Of a stretch of 64,000 nt of DNA, positions 8,494-16,632 are shown one piece after another; positions within the stretch are counted from its first letter, which is position 1; every line of letters starts with the position of its first letter. Under the pieces are notes generated by a model. The model did not search any database and had not been told where the DNA came from. It was given only the letters and a program-made list of their open reading frames with translations. Both the position numbers and the translations under genes were made by a program. The DNA is from a virus, in IMG/VR virus record IMGVR_UViG_3300032820_000003, positions 21,064-85,063 of that record; one strand, 5' to 3'.

Positions 8494-8627
8494 TTCACCT
8501 CCGTAATAACAATATCACATATAGCACATCTTAAAGTATCAAAGTTTTTATTCTCCCACACTTCAACGACTGTAGCTTTATGTGTCTTCTTTAATTTACA
8601 ATAAAGTCTTCTTAAACATTTTCCCAT
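8490..8627 (-). CDS. 45-aa Cys/His protein, not in the ORF track
   Basis: MGKCLRRLYCKLKKTH...LRCAICDIVITEVN fills the gap between flanking genes. Confidence 0.5.
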   Translation of the reverse strand: MGKCLRRLYCKLKKTHKATVVEVWENKNFDTLRCAICDIVITEVN

Positions 8628-8800
8628 TCTAACTCTTCCTGTATTCTTCGTTTCTTTTTATACTCAGCGTTACGTTTTTTATGTGTAGACTCTTTTGATT
8701 TTTCTTTAAAGGGTCTATCGTAACTCCTGTCTTTTCTTCTCTTACTTGTTTTGCGATCTCGTGTTACCCACTTCATCTTCGTTTTATAATTTCCTCCCAT
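8612..8800 (-). CDS. Small basic protein with WxxRDRK motif
   Basis: KWVTRDRK; similar to 503-733. Confidence 0.6.
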   Translation of the reverse strand: MGGNYKTKMKWVTRDRKTSKRRKDRSYDRPFKEKSKESTHKKRNAEYKKKRRIQEELEWENV

Positions 8801-9054
8801 ACTAAATGTGCTGTTACTTGAGTACCATCTTCAATTGGTTTATGACTTTTACAGTTAGTCCATGTCATTTGTTTAACATAACCCTCTTCTAAAAGGGACT
8901 TTAAGTGATTAATAAATCGGTATGAATCTGCTTCGTTACGACTAGCCACATCGCATTTAATGCAATAGCTTATGCTAATCGCCTTATTCGGTTTCTCCGT
9001 AGTCATTAAAAACCTCCGCTCCTTTATTATACTCGATTCGTTCAACAATTTCAA
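8773..9054 (-). CDS. Hypothetical protein; start probably at MTTEK
   Basis: GGAGG upstream of the internal ATG; CIKC motif. Confidence 0.6.
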   Translation of the reverse strand: MKLLNESSIIKERRFLMTTEKPNKAISISYCIKCDVASRNEADSYRFINHLKSLLEEGYVKQMTWTNCKSHKPIEDGTQVTAHLVWEEIIKRR

Positions 9055-9172
9055 GTATCTTTAAGAGCATGTCATAAGTTTCTCTATGCTGTTCTCTAAC
9101 TAAATTTTCTATAAACTCACTTCGTTGCTGAAACTGTTCAGCATATAGCATCATTTGTTCGGTAACACTCAT
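8984..9172 (-). CDS. Hypothetical protein
   Basis: TAATG coupling. Confidence 0.6.
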   Translation of the reverse strand: MSVTEQMMLYAEQFQQRSEFIENLVREQHRETYDMLLKILEIVERIEYNKGAEVFNDYGETE

Positions 9173-9552
9173 TATACTTTCCCCCTATGTACTTTGCGTC
9201 TAACGTAAGATCGTTTCTCAGGTCTATCAGGATCATACCACATCGGCTGTGGGCCTCCTAGGAATTGTAAGAGATTCTTTATATGTCCGTATGTACCTTT
9301 ATATACCCCTGTAGATTTGTTTAATCTCGACACCCAACCACCTGACCCAACAAGCCAAGTCTCTTCAGTCTGGTTATCTTCTACAGATATAGTGTGTAAT
9401 AGAAAAGATTTATTTCTTCTTAGGAAACTCTTAATCCTTTTCTGTACACCTTTAGTTCTTTTATATTTTGGATTGTATTTTAATTCAGGTCGGGGAGGGC
9501 GATGTGTTTCAATCCACTCCTCCCAAGCCGACCATTTATTTTCTGCGGTCAT
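9172..9552 (-). CDS. Basic hypothetical protein
   Basis: GAGG RBS; operon packing. Confidence 0.7.
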   Translation of the reverse strand: MTAENKWSAWEEWIETHRPPRPELKYNPKYKRTKGVQKRIKSFLRRNKSFLLHTISVEDNQTEETWLVGSGGWVSRLNKSTGVYKGTYGHIKNLLQFLGGPQPMWYDPDRPEKRSYVRRKVHRGKV

Positions 9553-9561
9553 TATTATCCT

Positions 9562-9750
9562 CTATCTAGGATTATCTGTACCTCTTGCAATACGCTTGAG
9601 GTCTTCTTTACCGATCTTTATATCGTTTAGTAATTGCTTACCATTACGATCTATTACTTGTAACCAATAGGAGTGTTCAAATCCTCCACTTCGATTATCA
9701 ATAAATTGGATCGTATAGCCACCTAGACCGCCACTAACTTCAAATTTCAT
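9562..9750 (-). CDS. Hypothetical protein
   Basis: AGGAGG RBS. Confidence 0.65.
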   Translation of the reverse strand: MKFEVSGGLGGYTIQFIDNRSGGFEHSYWLQVIDRNGKQLLNDIKIGKEDLKRIARGTDNPR

Positions 9751-9830
9751 ATTAGCCTCCTAATACTAAATAAATAAATGTAACCCATACCCCCGAACAA
9801 ATACCGACATTCGTTGTCATTAAAACTCGG

Positions 9831-10076
9831 TTAACCATTTTGTACCTCCTTTAACTTTGCTTCTAGTTCTTTAATCTCTACTCTAAGTAAGCCATTTAAA
9901 TGTTTATGTTCATTATTGATGAAATTTAATTCTTTAAGTCTCATCCTTAATTTCCTATTTTCAAACTTATAAGTAGCGAGTTTAGAACTTATCTCTGTAA
10001 ACTTTTCTAAGTTCTGTTCTCGCTGTTCATATAACCAAACAGGATTCATACAATCATGATTATTATTCAATAACAA
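9831..10076 (-). CDS. Coiled-coil hypothetical protein
   Basis: Heptad pattern; GGAG RBS. Confidence 0.6.
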   Translation of the reverse strand: MLLNNNHDCMNPVWLYEQREQNLEKFTEISSKLATYKFENRKLRMRLKELNFINNEHKHLNGLLRVEIKELEAKLKEVQNG

Positions 10077-10344
10077 TGTACGTCTCTCCGTTTGCTCTCA
10101 GTCTAGTAATACCATCTATGCTAACCATACGGTAGCCTTTAGCGATCATATCATATACTGGTAATAGGTCTTTCTCTTTTGCATTATACTTTAAACCTTC
10201 GCCAGTAATGTATTTAGAAACTCCTACACGAGCCGTCATATTTCTCAACTCGCCAGTAGTTCTTTTCTTAAACTCTACGTTAAAGAATTGACCATTGGTA
10301 TTACTAACTATCTCTCTTACTTTATCTCTTGTTATAGTTTGCAT
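10063..10344 (-). CDS. SH3-fold (WYL_2/DUF2693-like) phage protein
   Basis: FFNVEFKKRTTGELRNM...VYDMIAKGYRMV motif. Confidence 0.7.
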   Translation of the reverse strand: MQTITRDKVREIVSNTNGQFFNVEFKKRTTGELRNMTARVGVSKYITGEGLKYNAKEKDLLPVYDMIAKGYRMVSIDGITRLRANGETYIVIE

Positions 10345-10490
10345 ATTCTCTCCTTTACTTTTTCTTAATTAGTTGGTATCGGTTCACCACTTATAATAGC
10401 TATAAGACTACCTAGTATTATAAATGTAATGAATGCACCGAGTGGATTCGTTATAAATATATCCGTGTACCTCCTTCGTTCATATTGCCA

Positions 10491-10520
10491 ATCATAAGTC
10501 ATTTAACTCACCTTTGTCAA
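10491..10520 (-). promoter_or_regulatory. Sigma70-type early promoter
   Basis: TTGACA-18 bp-TATGAT. Confidence 0.7.
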
Positions 10521-10967
10521 GGGGTGATATATCTTTCTAGCTTGTAGTATTTCAGGTGTTTCGTGCCACCCTCTATCAGAATCTTTACCACGTTTGTAAT
10601 TGTTAGGTGAAACTATTTTTAAGGCTTTGGTAAAATCTTTACCGTGCCATCTCTTAGTGGGATCGTAGTCACATAAGAATTGTATTATATGAGCAATCTC
10701 ATGTCGAACAACTCTTTTAGCTTCTTTATCAGATGCTAGTATCCATTTAGACATTTCAAGAACTGGAAGTTCATCTGGATATGTACTGTTTAACCATATC
10801 TGTCCTGCGGTATTTACACCACAAGTATCACTAATCATAATCTCAGGACTCCAATCCTTAATGTCTTTATAGGGAAATCGTGAAACACTAGCCTTTAAAT
10901 AGTTTTGGATATGAGGTCGATAAAAAACCTCATCGGCATACTTCTTTAATGTTGCTTCTTTAATCAA
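10503..10967 (-). CDS. SprT-like zinc metalloprotease
   Basis: AG motif, HEIAH (HExxH) and WHGKDF. Confidence 0.8.
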   Translation of the reverse strand: MIKEATLKKYADEVFYRPHIQNYLKASVSRFPYKDIKDWSPEIMISDTCGVNTAGQIWLNSTYPDELPVLEMSKWILASDKEAKRVVRHEIAHIIQFLCDYDPTKRWHGKDFTKALKIVSPNNYKRGKDSDRGWHETPEILQARKIYHPLTKVS

Positions 10968-11014
10968 ATAATTCGTCTCCTTTCTGCATTAGTCACTCTC
11001 CGAGTGCTGATGTA

Positions 11015-11044
11015 ATCGTACCACAGCGAAAGATTCGGAGTCAA
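11015..11044 (-). promoter_or_regulatory. Sigma70-type early promoter
   Basis: TTGACT-18 bp-TACGAT with extended TG. Confidence 0.7.
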
Positions 11045-11060
11045 ATTTTTTGGTGCGAAT

Positions 11061-11070
11061 TAGTATAATA
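11061..11070 (+). promoter_or_regulatory. TAGTATAATA putative phage-specific promoter for the HNH gene
   Basis: Plus-strand copy of the motif directly upstream of the only plus-strand gene. Confidence 0.65.
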
Positions 11071-11088
11071 ATATAGGAGGTGCTTAGA

Positions 11089-11475
11089 ATGCGACAACGA
11101 AATATAATTAAAACAGAAGGGCGACATCCCTTTACTACTAAATATGATGTTCAACGTCTACAAAAGACTAGGGACATTTCCGATTACCTTTCCAATAAGG
11201 TTCCAATGCAATCTGATAAATTAAAGATTCGCTTAATAAATGAAGGATACTTAGACCCTGTATGTGATATCTGTCGCAGATCACTATGGGTTGGTGAGGA
11301 CATTCCATTGCAATTAGATCATGTAAATGGGAACAATGACGATAATAGTCTTAAAAATCTTCGCCTATTGTGTCCTAACTGTCATGCACAAACACCACAG
11401 TATAGATTAAAGAATGAGTTTAAGGACAGTACTTATTCCAATAAGGATAAGGAAAATCCAAATACTGATCAGTAA
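11089..11475 (+). CDS. HNH endonuclease
   Basis: CDIC...LQLDHVNGNNDDNSLKNLRLLCPNCHAQT; AGGAGG RBS. Confidence 0.9.
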   Translation: MRQRNIIKTEGRHPFTTKYDVQRLQKTRDISDYLSNKVPMQSDKLKIRLINEGYLDPVCDICRRSLWVGEDIPLQLDHVNGNNDDNSLKNLRLLCPNCHAQTPQYRLKNEFKDSTYSNKDKENPNTDQ

Positions 11476-11523
11476 GTCAAGTCTAGTATAGACCCTCTGT
11501 TAATATTTTGTCTAAGCACCCTC

Positions 11524-11724
11524 CTAACAGCAATTACAAGAATCGGTTTTCCTAACCTTATTCCAAATAATGCGGGCTAATCCTATTCCGCCTACCACAA
11601 CTGAAGTCCACGCAATAATCTGTAAGGTTAAAATATCTTCACCGAAACCATGTCGGGAAAGATCAGCTATAATCCCACCGAATAATATTAAGGGGATCGG
11701 AAAATAATCTCTTAGGTATTTCAT
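11524..11724 (-). CDS. Small two-TM membrane protein
   Basis: Two hydrophobic segments; C-terminal CNCC. Confidence 0.7.
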   Translation of the reverse strand: MKYLRDYFPIPLILFGGIIADLSRHGFGEDILTLQIIAWTSVVVGGIGLARIIWNKVRKTDSCNCC

Positions 11725-11915
11725 TAAGTACTCCTTTTGTTATGTGGTTGCCAAGTTATTAAATCGGAACCACAATTATGACAGGTTAATTTTATGTCAT
11801 TTGGAACAAGTTGTAAGACATTATAAACATAACAATCCTTTTCTTGACATCTCAATTCAAGATATCTATCTTCACATATAGAACCTTCAAACATAAATTT
11901 ACTTCCTCCAAACAA
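11724..11915 (-). CDS. Zinc-ribbon protein
   Basis: CQEKDC...CHNC. Confidence 0.55.
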   Translation of the reverse strand: MFGGSKFMFEGSICEDRYLELRCQEKDCYVYNVLQLVPNDIKLTCHNCGSDLITWQPHNKRST

Positions 11916-11997
11916 ACGTTTAATTCCATTCCCTATACCTATATACTTCTTCTCTCTATAAACCTCTCTATGAGCCTCACAGAGGGCTTAAAACGGA

Positions 11998-12258
11998 TTA
12001 TATTTTAGCTAAAATGTTCTCAATAACTTCAGCTAGAACAATTCCATGTTCAGACAAGATAATGTTATTCCTATCTGGACATGACACTTTCCACATACAT
12101 CCACTAGAATCTCTCTCTTTCCAATTACTTATGCTAGCATTCCATCGAACTCTGTATAATATTTCGATGGCTTGTAGGTCTTTTTGTGTTAACTGAATAC
12201 CTACAAGTTTATCATTGCCCTCCGTAATTTCCATACTGTCTATTATCACCATAACCAC
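11998..12258 (-). CDS. Hypothetical protein
   Basis: Operon packing; start uncertain. Confidence 0.55.
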   Translation of the reverse strand: MVMVIIDSMEITEGNDKLVGIQLTQKDLQAIEILYRVRWNASISNWKERDSSGCMWKVSCPDRNNIILSEHGIVLAEVIENILAKI

Positions 12259-12547
12259 TCTTTCCTAAGTCTTTTAATACTTCATTAAAACTAGAATGAT
12301 CTGACATGATTGTTCTCATTTCATTCTCCATGACAGAATCAATTCGTTCTAATTCTACCACTCTTTCACTTAGTTTATCAAGTGCTTCCCATAGTTCAGT
12401 ATCATCAAACTCTTCAATACTTTCTATAGCCGTAGTATTATTGCTTACCGTAGAATCAAGCTGGGCTACATACCAAATGATTCCAAATGCCTGTGCTATG
12501 ATAGCTATAACTATTCCAATTGATACTTTCATATTTTTAATATCCAT
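12212..12547 (-). CDS. Membrane-anchored coiled-coil protein
   Basis: TM helix IGIVIAIIAQAFGIIWY followed by a coiled coil. Confidence 0.75.
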   Translation of the reverse strand: MDIKNMKVSIGIVIAIIAQAFGIIWYVAQLDSTVSNNTTAIESIEEFDDTELWEALDKLSERVVELERIDSVMENEMRTIMSDHSSFNEVLKDLGKSGYGDNRQYGNYGGQ

Positions 12548-12777
12548 TTACATCCTTCACTTTAATTGTTGTAATTGGTTCTGAATACTCTTCCTCCCAC
12601 ACTTCTGTCGCTATAATCTCCGCCCATTGCTTACTTAAAGCCTTAATAGGTATTTCTTTCTTAGCAATGTACTCAATCTCAACGATATAATCATGATCCA
12701 TTAAATGGGCCTCCTAAATACTTATATGGAATTAGATACGACAAAATTAGACTTGATAAAAATATTGTAATAAAAAT

Positions 12778-12987
12778 CTATATTTTAAATTTTTTCTTAT
12801 ATAAGCCCTGACAGAATGCATCAGAACCGGGATTTAATCCCCCCATTCCAAATCCTGAACAGAGATAATGGTTATACTGTGCTAACATCATTGTTGTAGG
12901 TTGTCCACAAATGATGCAGTATCCTTGAGTACCTACATCCCTGTAGGAATGGAGCCAATGTTTCTTACTCAGGAATGTTAATACCAT
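12778..12987 (-). CDS. Small Cys-containing protein
   Basis: CIIC...C...C. Confidence 0.55.
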   Translation of the reverse strand: MVLTFLSKKHWLHSYRDVGTQGYCIICGQPTTMMLAQYNHYLCSGFGMGGLNPGSDAFCQGLYKKKFKI

Positions 12988-13198
12988 CCAGTAAATCTAT
13001 TGCTGATTTGCTGAACTCTCGTAATTCTTTAACTAGTGCCTTCTTTTCCGCTGCGGTAATTTTATTATCTTTAGCAGCTGCTGCCATAGTTTGAATCACA
13101 TCCATCCCCTCTTTAAAAACATGCTTGGCTTGGGCTGATTGTCCTGCGTTCAGTTTAAAATACATCATTGCCATCTGCATTATTGCTATTGGGTTCAT
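12965..13198 (-). CDS. Amphipathic helical hypothetical protein
   Basis: Start moved to MNPI after AAGGAGG; DNKITAAE motif. Confidence 0.65.
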   Translation of the reverse strand: MNPIAIMQMAMMYFKLNAGQSAQAKHVFKEGMDVIQTMAAAAKDNKITAAEKKALVKELREFSKSAIDLLDGINIPE

Positions 13199-13209
13199 AT
13201 TACGCCTCC

Positions 13210-13461
13210 TTAAATTTGATATTCGGGCGAGTCCCATTGCCCACATTGACAATTTCCTCCGCAAGGACACCCTACTTCTTTTGCCATTTCTTCATTTGTG
13301 ATAATTAAATAACTCTGCATATCATCACAATCTTCGCATTCACATTCTAATCCACAATCACATGCTTGTAAATTGTAGCACATACATTGATTCTGTATCT
13401 TACAACTACAAGCGGGTCTATCATTCCAATGATTGTTTTTGTTTGGTGAAAATGAAGTCAT
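13210..13461 (-). CDS. Metallothionein-like Cys-rich protein
   Basis: 13 Cys in 83 aa including six CxC pairs in two clusters; TAATG coupling. Confidence 0.65.
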   Translation of the reverse strand: MTSFSPNKNNHWNDRPACSCKIQNQCMCYNLQACDCGLECECEDCDDMQSYLIITNEEMAKEVGCPCGGNCQCGQWDSPEYQI

Positions 13462-13613
13462 TATTCGTTCTCCAGTACTTTCATTCCAAGAGCAATTATA
13501 CCACCAATTGTAGCGGTTGCTAACTCTGGGATTCCTTCCATCGCCCCAATCCCTGCTAATACGCCAAGAACTATAATCGATAAAAATATCTGCGGTCTAA
13601 GTTTTCCTATCAT
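13461..13613 (-). CDS. 50-aa two-TM membrane protein (holin-like), not in the ORF track
   Basis: MIGKLRPQIFLSIIVLGVLAGIGAMEGIPELATATIGGIIALGMKVLENE; AAGGAGG RBS. Confidence 0.75.
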   Translation of the reverse strand: MIGKLRPQIFLSIIVLGVLAGIGAMEGIPELATATIGGIIALGMKVLENE

Positions 13614-13633
13614 GCTTGCCTCCTTCTAAATCG

Positions 13634-13789
13634 TCAGTACCATCTATCCCTCCGTTCATATGGATCATAAAACCTTTTGGGTTTTGGTTTTACATGTTCT
13701 ATCTGTTCCCAATATTCTATAGTGTTGAAAGAGTTCCCCCAACCTATGCCATTTATCCATTGACCAATGGTACTAATTAATCTCCTCAA
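13634..13789 (-). CDS. 51-aa hypothetical protein with TTG start
   Basis: MRRLISTIGQWINGIGWG...; AAGGAGG 10 nt upstream; fills the intergenic gap. Confidence 0.45.
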   Translation of the reverse strand: MRRLISTIGQWINGIGWGNSFNTIEYWEQIEHVKPKPKRFYDPYERRDRWY

Positions 13790-15333
13790 TCGTCATTGTC
13801 CTCCTTATCGTCTGCTTTATTCATCCAATCTAAGAATGATTTTGTTAATTTACTATAACCCGGAGAGTCTTCATTTAAACGCTCTCCTAAATGTTCTCCA
13901 GCTTCGTTAGTAACCCACGGTGGTTTGTGATGAATCGGTATGCCGAACATATCCGTTTCCACTTCCACAACTGGAGTGTATCTCATTCCTTCAGGCGGTT
14001 GCTCTGATGGGAATCCATACTCTCTTAATAACTGATGATGCTCTGCATCCCTTCCCTCATAGTTTTCAAGTGTTGGGAAAGATGCTCCATCATTAGCATC
14101 AGTCTTATATCGTTGATCTTCAGCCTTTGCGACTTTCTCAGATCGTTCTCGATGTCCATATTGTTCCAAATACTCTTCAGAATATGGTTCATTCTTATCA
14201 GCTTTTACTAGACCATGATCTCGTGTGGATTGCATTCCACTCCCTTCAGTAGTCCATTCAGTATTAGCTTCCATCCAAGCGTCAAAAGACTTTTTAAAAT
14301 CTATGTCACCTTTATCATTTGCCATTAGTGTCACCTCAATTACTTTTGTTGGGCCTCTATCATTATTGAATTCATCTGGTGTATCTTCTTCATGCGTTGC
14401 GTATAACTTACACCACATATCCTCATCAATATTTCCTACCACAACAGAACAACTATCGCCTGTATAAAATTTACATGTACCACATTTAATATTAGCTTCT
14501 TGTTCTACGTCAGTAGCATGTCGATATCCTGCTGCTTCTTGATCTATCTTTCCATCTTGTTTTTCTAGAGGGATAAGACAGCTGCCGTCCACACAGGAAT
14601 GATCTGGAGAGTTATGCCCCTTTATAATATCAAATCCAGCAGCTTGGTTTACTCCCTTCTCACAGATCGTAACCTCTGCTAGTTCCATTGCGTCTACCTG
14701 AAGATATTTCTGTAGACCTTTTTCCATATTTTGCGTCTTAGTGGCTGATCCAGCAATTGAATAAGAACGTAACTTACCATCATTAACTTGTTCAGCTACT
14801 CGTTTTGATATTTTTGTGTCATCTCGTAGTTCCGTAATAAAGAATAATCCTTTATCATCCACACCACTTTTAAAAATTTGTCCGCTTTTAGTTATATAAC
14901 ATGGCAAAGCCCATCCAACTTGTACATCAGAATGGAGTACCATTGCATTTCTAGTACGGAAATTTCCCATATACTTCTCAAAGGCTTCTTCCAATGCCTT
15001 CGTCATAATCATATGACCTTCTCTATCAACGACCTCTACGGATGCTGGGCCGCCAACCACAATAACGTCATCAGGGTCAATGCCAGTTGCAGCTTTTTGA
15101 AAGTCATCATTATCTGGGAAAGCACGAGCCAATGTAAGAATCTCTCCCTTAGAAGCAATCCCTGCTTTAAATAACCGTAAATATTCATCTAACCCCTTCG
15201 CTATTTTCTCTAGAGAGGTGCGACCAATTTGTTGCTTTTCCAGCATCGTAATACTAGAATCTTCAGCAACAAAATTATAAAAGTCCGAATCTTTCCTTAC
15301 AGAAAATAAAGCTTCATCAAATAGTGTTGTCAT
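13786..15333 (-). CDS. Prohead maturation protease with an added HiPIP-like domain
   Basis: GPASVEVVDREG, LHSDVQVG (His), SYSIAG (Ser) and LAEVT...GVNQAA are HK97-type protease motifs. Confidence 0.85.
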   Translation of the reverse strand: MTTLFDEALFSVRKDSDFYNFVAEDSSITMLEKQQIGRTSLEKIAKGLDEYLRLFKAGIASKGEILTLARAFPDNDDFQKAATGIDPDDVIVVGGPASVEVVDREGHMIMTKALEEAFEKYMGNFRTRNAMVLHSDVQVGWALPCYITKSGQIFKSGVDDKGLFFITELRDDTKISKRVAEQVNDGKLRSYSIAGSATKTQNMEKGLQKYLQVDAMELAEVTICEKGVNQAAGFDIIKGHNSPDHSCVDGSCLIPLEKQDGKIDQEAAGYRHATDVEQEANIKCGTCKFYTGDSCSVVVGNIDEDMWCKLYATHEEDTPDEFNNDRGPTKVIEVTLMANDKGDIDFKKSFDAWMEANTEWTTEGSGMQSTRDHGLVKADKNEPYSEEYLEQYGHRERSEKVAKAEDQRYKTDANDGASFPTLENYEGRDAEHHQLLREYGFPSEQPPEGMRYTPVVEVETDMFGIPIHHKPPWVTNEAGEHLGERLNEDSPGYSKLTKSFLDWMNKADDKEDNDD

Positions 15334-15342
15334 AAAAACTCC

Positions 15343-16278
15343 TTATATATGACTGCCCCAAATAACTCCATGTACAACTGGAGTACCTGATGCAGCTACT
15401 ATCGAAACCTTGTCCCTGAAATCTAAGGCGGGCATTCCTGTTTCAAAAGTATCTGTACCTGAAACTCTAATACCTGTTGTAGCAGATGCTACTGTATCAA
15501 AAGCAACATATACGGGAATTGTAGCGTGTTGATTAGTTATTTTAATACCTTTAATTACAATTAAGTCAGATTTCTTTTTAGAGGTTGATAGGTTTGCTGC
15601 TCCTGCCCATGAATAATTTACACCCAAACCACCATCTATATAATCAGAAACTGAGTTATCAGTTCGTATTTCACACATAATCTTATCAACATAGAAATCT
15701 ATATTGTGGTTTGCAACTGTTAAGACTTTCATTAAATACTGTGTAGTATTTGTGGAAGCTGGAACAGCATATGTCGCTGTAATACGTTGAAAACTTGTTG
15801 ATAAACTTGTAGTTGCGGATGTTGCTAGAACAGTATGTGAAGCAGTAACGGCTTCATTATCAGTAATCATAATAGCTACATCACCACTTGCAGATGCTCC
15901 TCGTACTTCAGCTTGAACTGTAATATATTGAACATCTATATTATATGGAACATTTGGAATACTCCAATAAAATCCTTCTCCCCCAGCACTATTACCGGGA
16001 TTTACTAAAAGTGAATTAGTTCCAGAAGCTGCTTGAGCCGAACTTCTAGATATTGCTGAACCTACAGCTGTAAATTCTGTAATATTAGTCCCTTCAATAC
16101 TAGGGTTTTTAACTAGGTTAACCGCTGGTTTAGTCGCAGCCGCTGTTACAAGGGTCTGGGCTGTTGTTGATAGCGTTTCTTCAAAAGGAACGTAACGTGT
16201 CATTGGATGAACAGATTGTCTAGTTGACGAATCTACATCCCATTCTCTTGCATCAGTATGTCGTATGTTATCACTCAT
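15343..16278 (-). CDS. Virion decoration protein with a CBM4/9-like carbohydrate-binding domain
   Basis: NLVKNPSIE...FQRITATY...FYVDKI beta-sandwich pattern; near the capsid gene. Confidence 0.65.
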   Translation of the reverse strand: MSDNIRHTDAREWDVDSSTRQSVHPMTRYVPFEETLSTTAQTLVTAAATKPAVNLVKNPSIEGTNITEFTAVGSAISRSSAQAASGTNSLLVNPGNSAGGEGFYWSIPNVPYNIDVQYITVQAEVRGASASGDVAIMITDNEAVTASHTVLATSATTSLSTSFQRITATYAVPASTNTTQYLMKVLTVANHNIDFYVDKIMCEIRTDNSVSDYIDGGLGVNYSWAGAANLSTSKKKSDLIVIKGIKITNQHATIPVYVAFDTVASATTGIRVSGTDTFETGMPALDFRDKVSIVAASGTPVVHGVIWGSHI

Positions 16279-16296
16279 TTAATTAATTTCTCCTTA

Positions 16297-16560
16297 TTAA
16301 TCGCCAAAGCCAAAATGGGCTATGCCTATAAAACTTACCATTACGGCTGACGTATGCAATATAAGAAGACCAACAGCTACTAGTCCAGTTTTTGCTCCTA
16401 AAACTCTTGACCTCCAAATCTGCATTTCATTCACATCATCTTGTATTTTTTCTACTCTCGCACTTAATGTTTCATTTAATGCTGTTTGACTTTCTATGTA
16501 TGCATCCAACCGTTCCATGTAAGTTGCCAGATTGACAACTACTTCTTTTTCGGTGGACAT
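16297..16560 (-). CDS. Coiled-coil protein with C-terminal TM helix (holin-like)
   Basis: N-terminal coiled coil and hydrophobic C-terminus. Confidence 0.6.
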   Translation of the reverse strand: MSTEKEVVVNLATYMERLDAYIESQTALNETLSARVEKIQDDVNEMQIWRSRVLGAKTGLVAVGLLILHTSAVMVSFIGIAHFGFGD

Positions 16561-16588
16561 ATAATTTACCTCTTTGTATTTTTAATGA

Positions 16589-16622
16589 AAGAGAGGGGGA
16601 GGGTATTTCTCCCTCACCCCTC
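16589..16622 (-). terminator. Terminator after the major capsid gene
   Basis: GAGGGGTGAGGG-AGAAATA-CCCTCCCCCTC hairpin followed by TCTTT. Confidence 0.7.
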
Positions 16623-16632
16623 AAAGTTAAGA

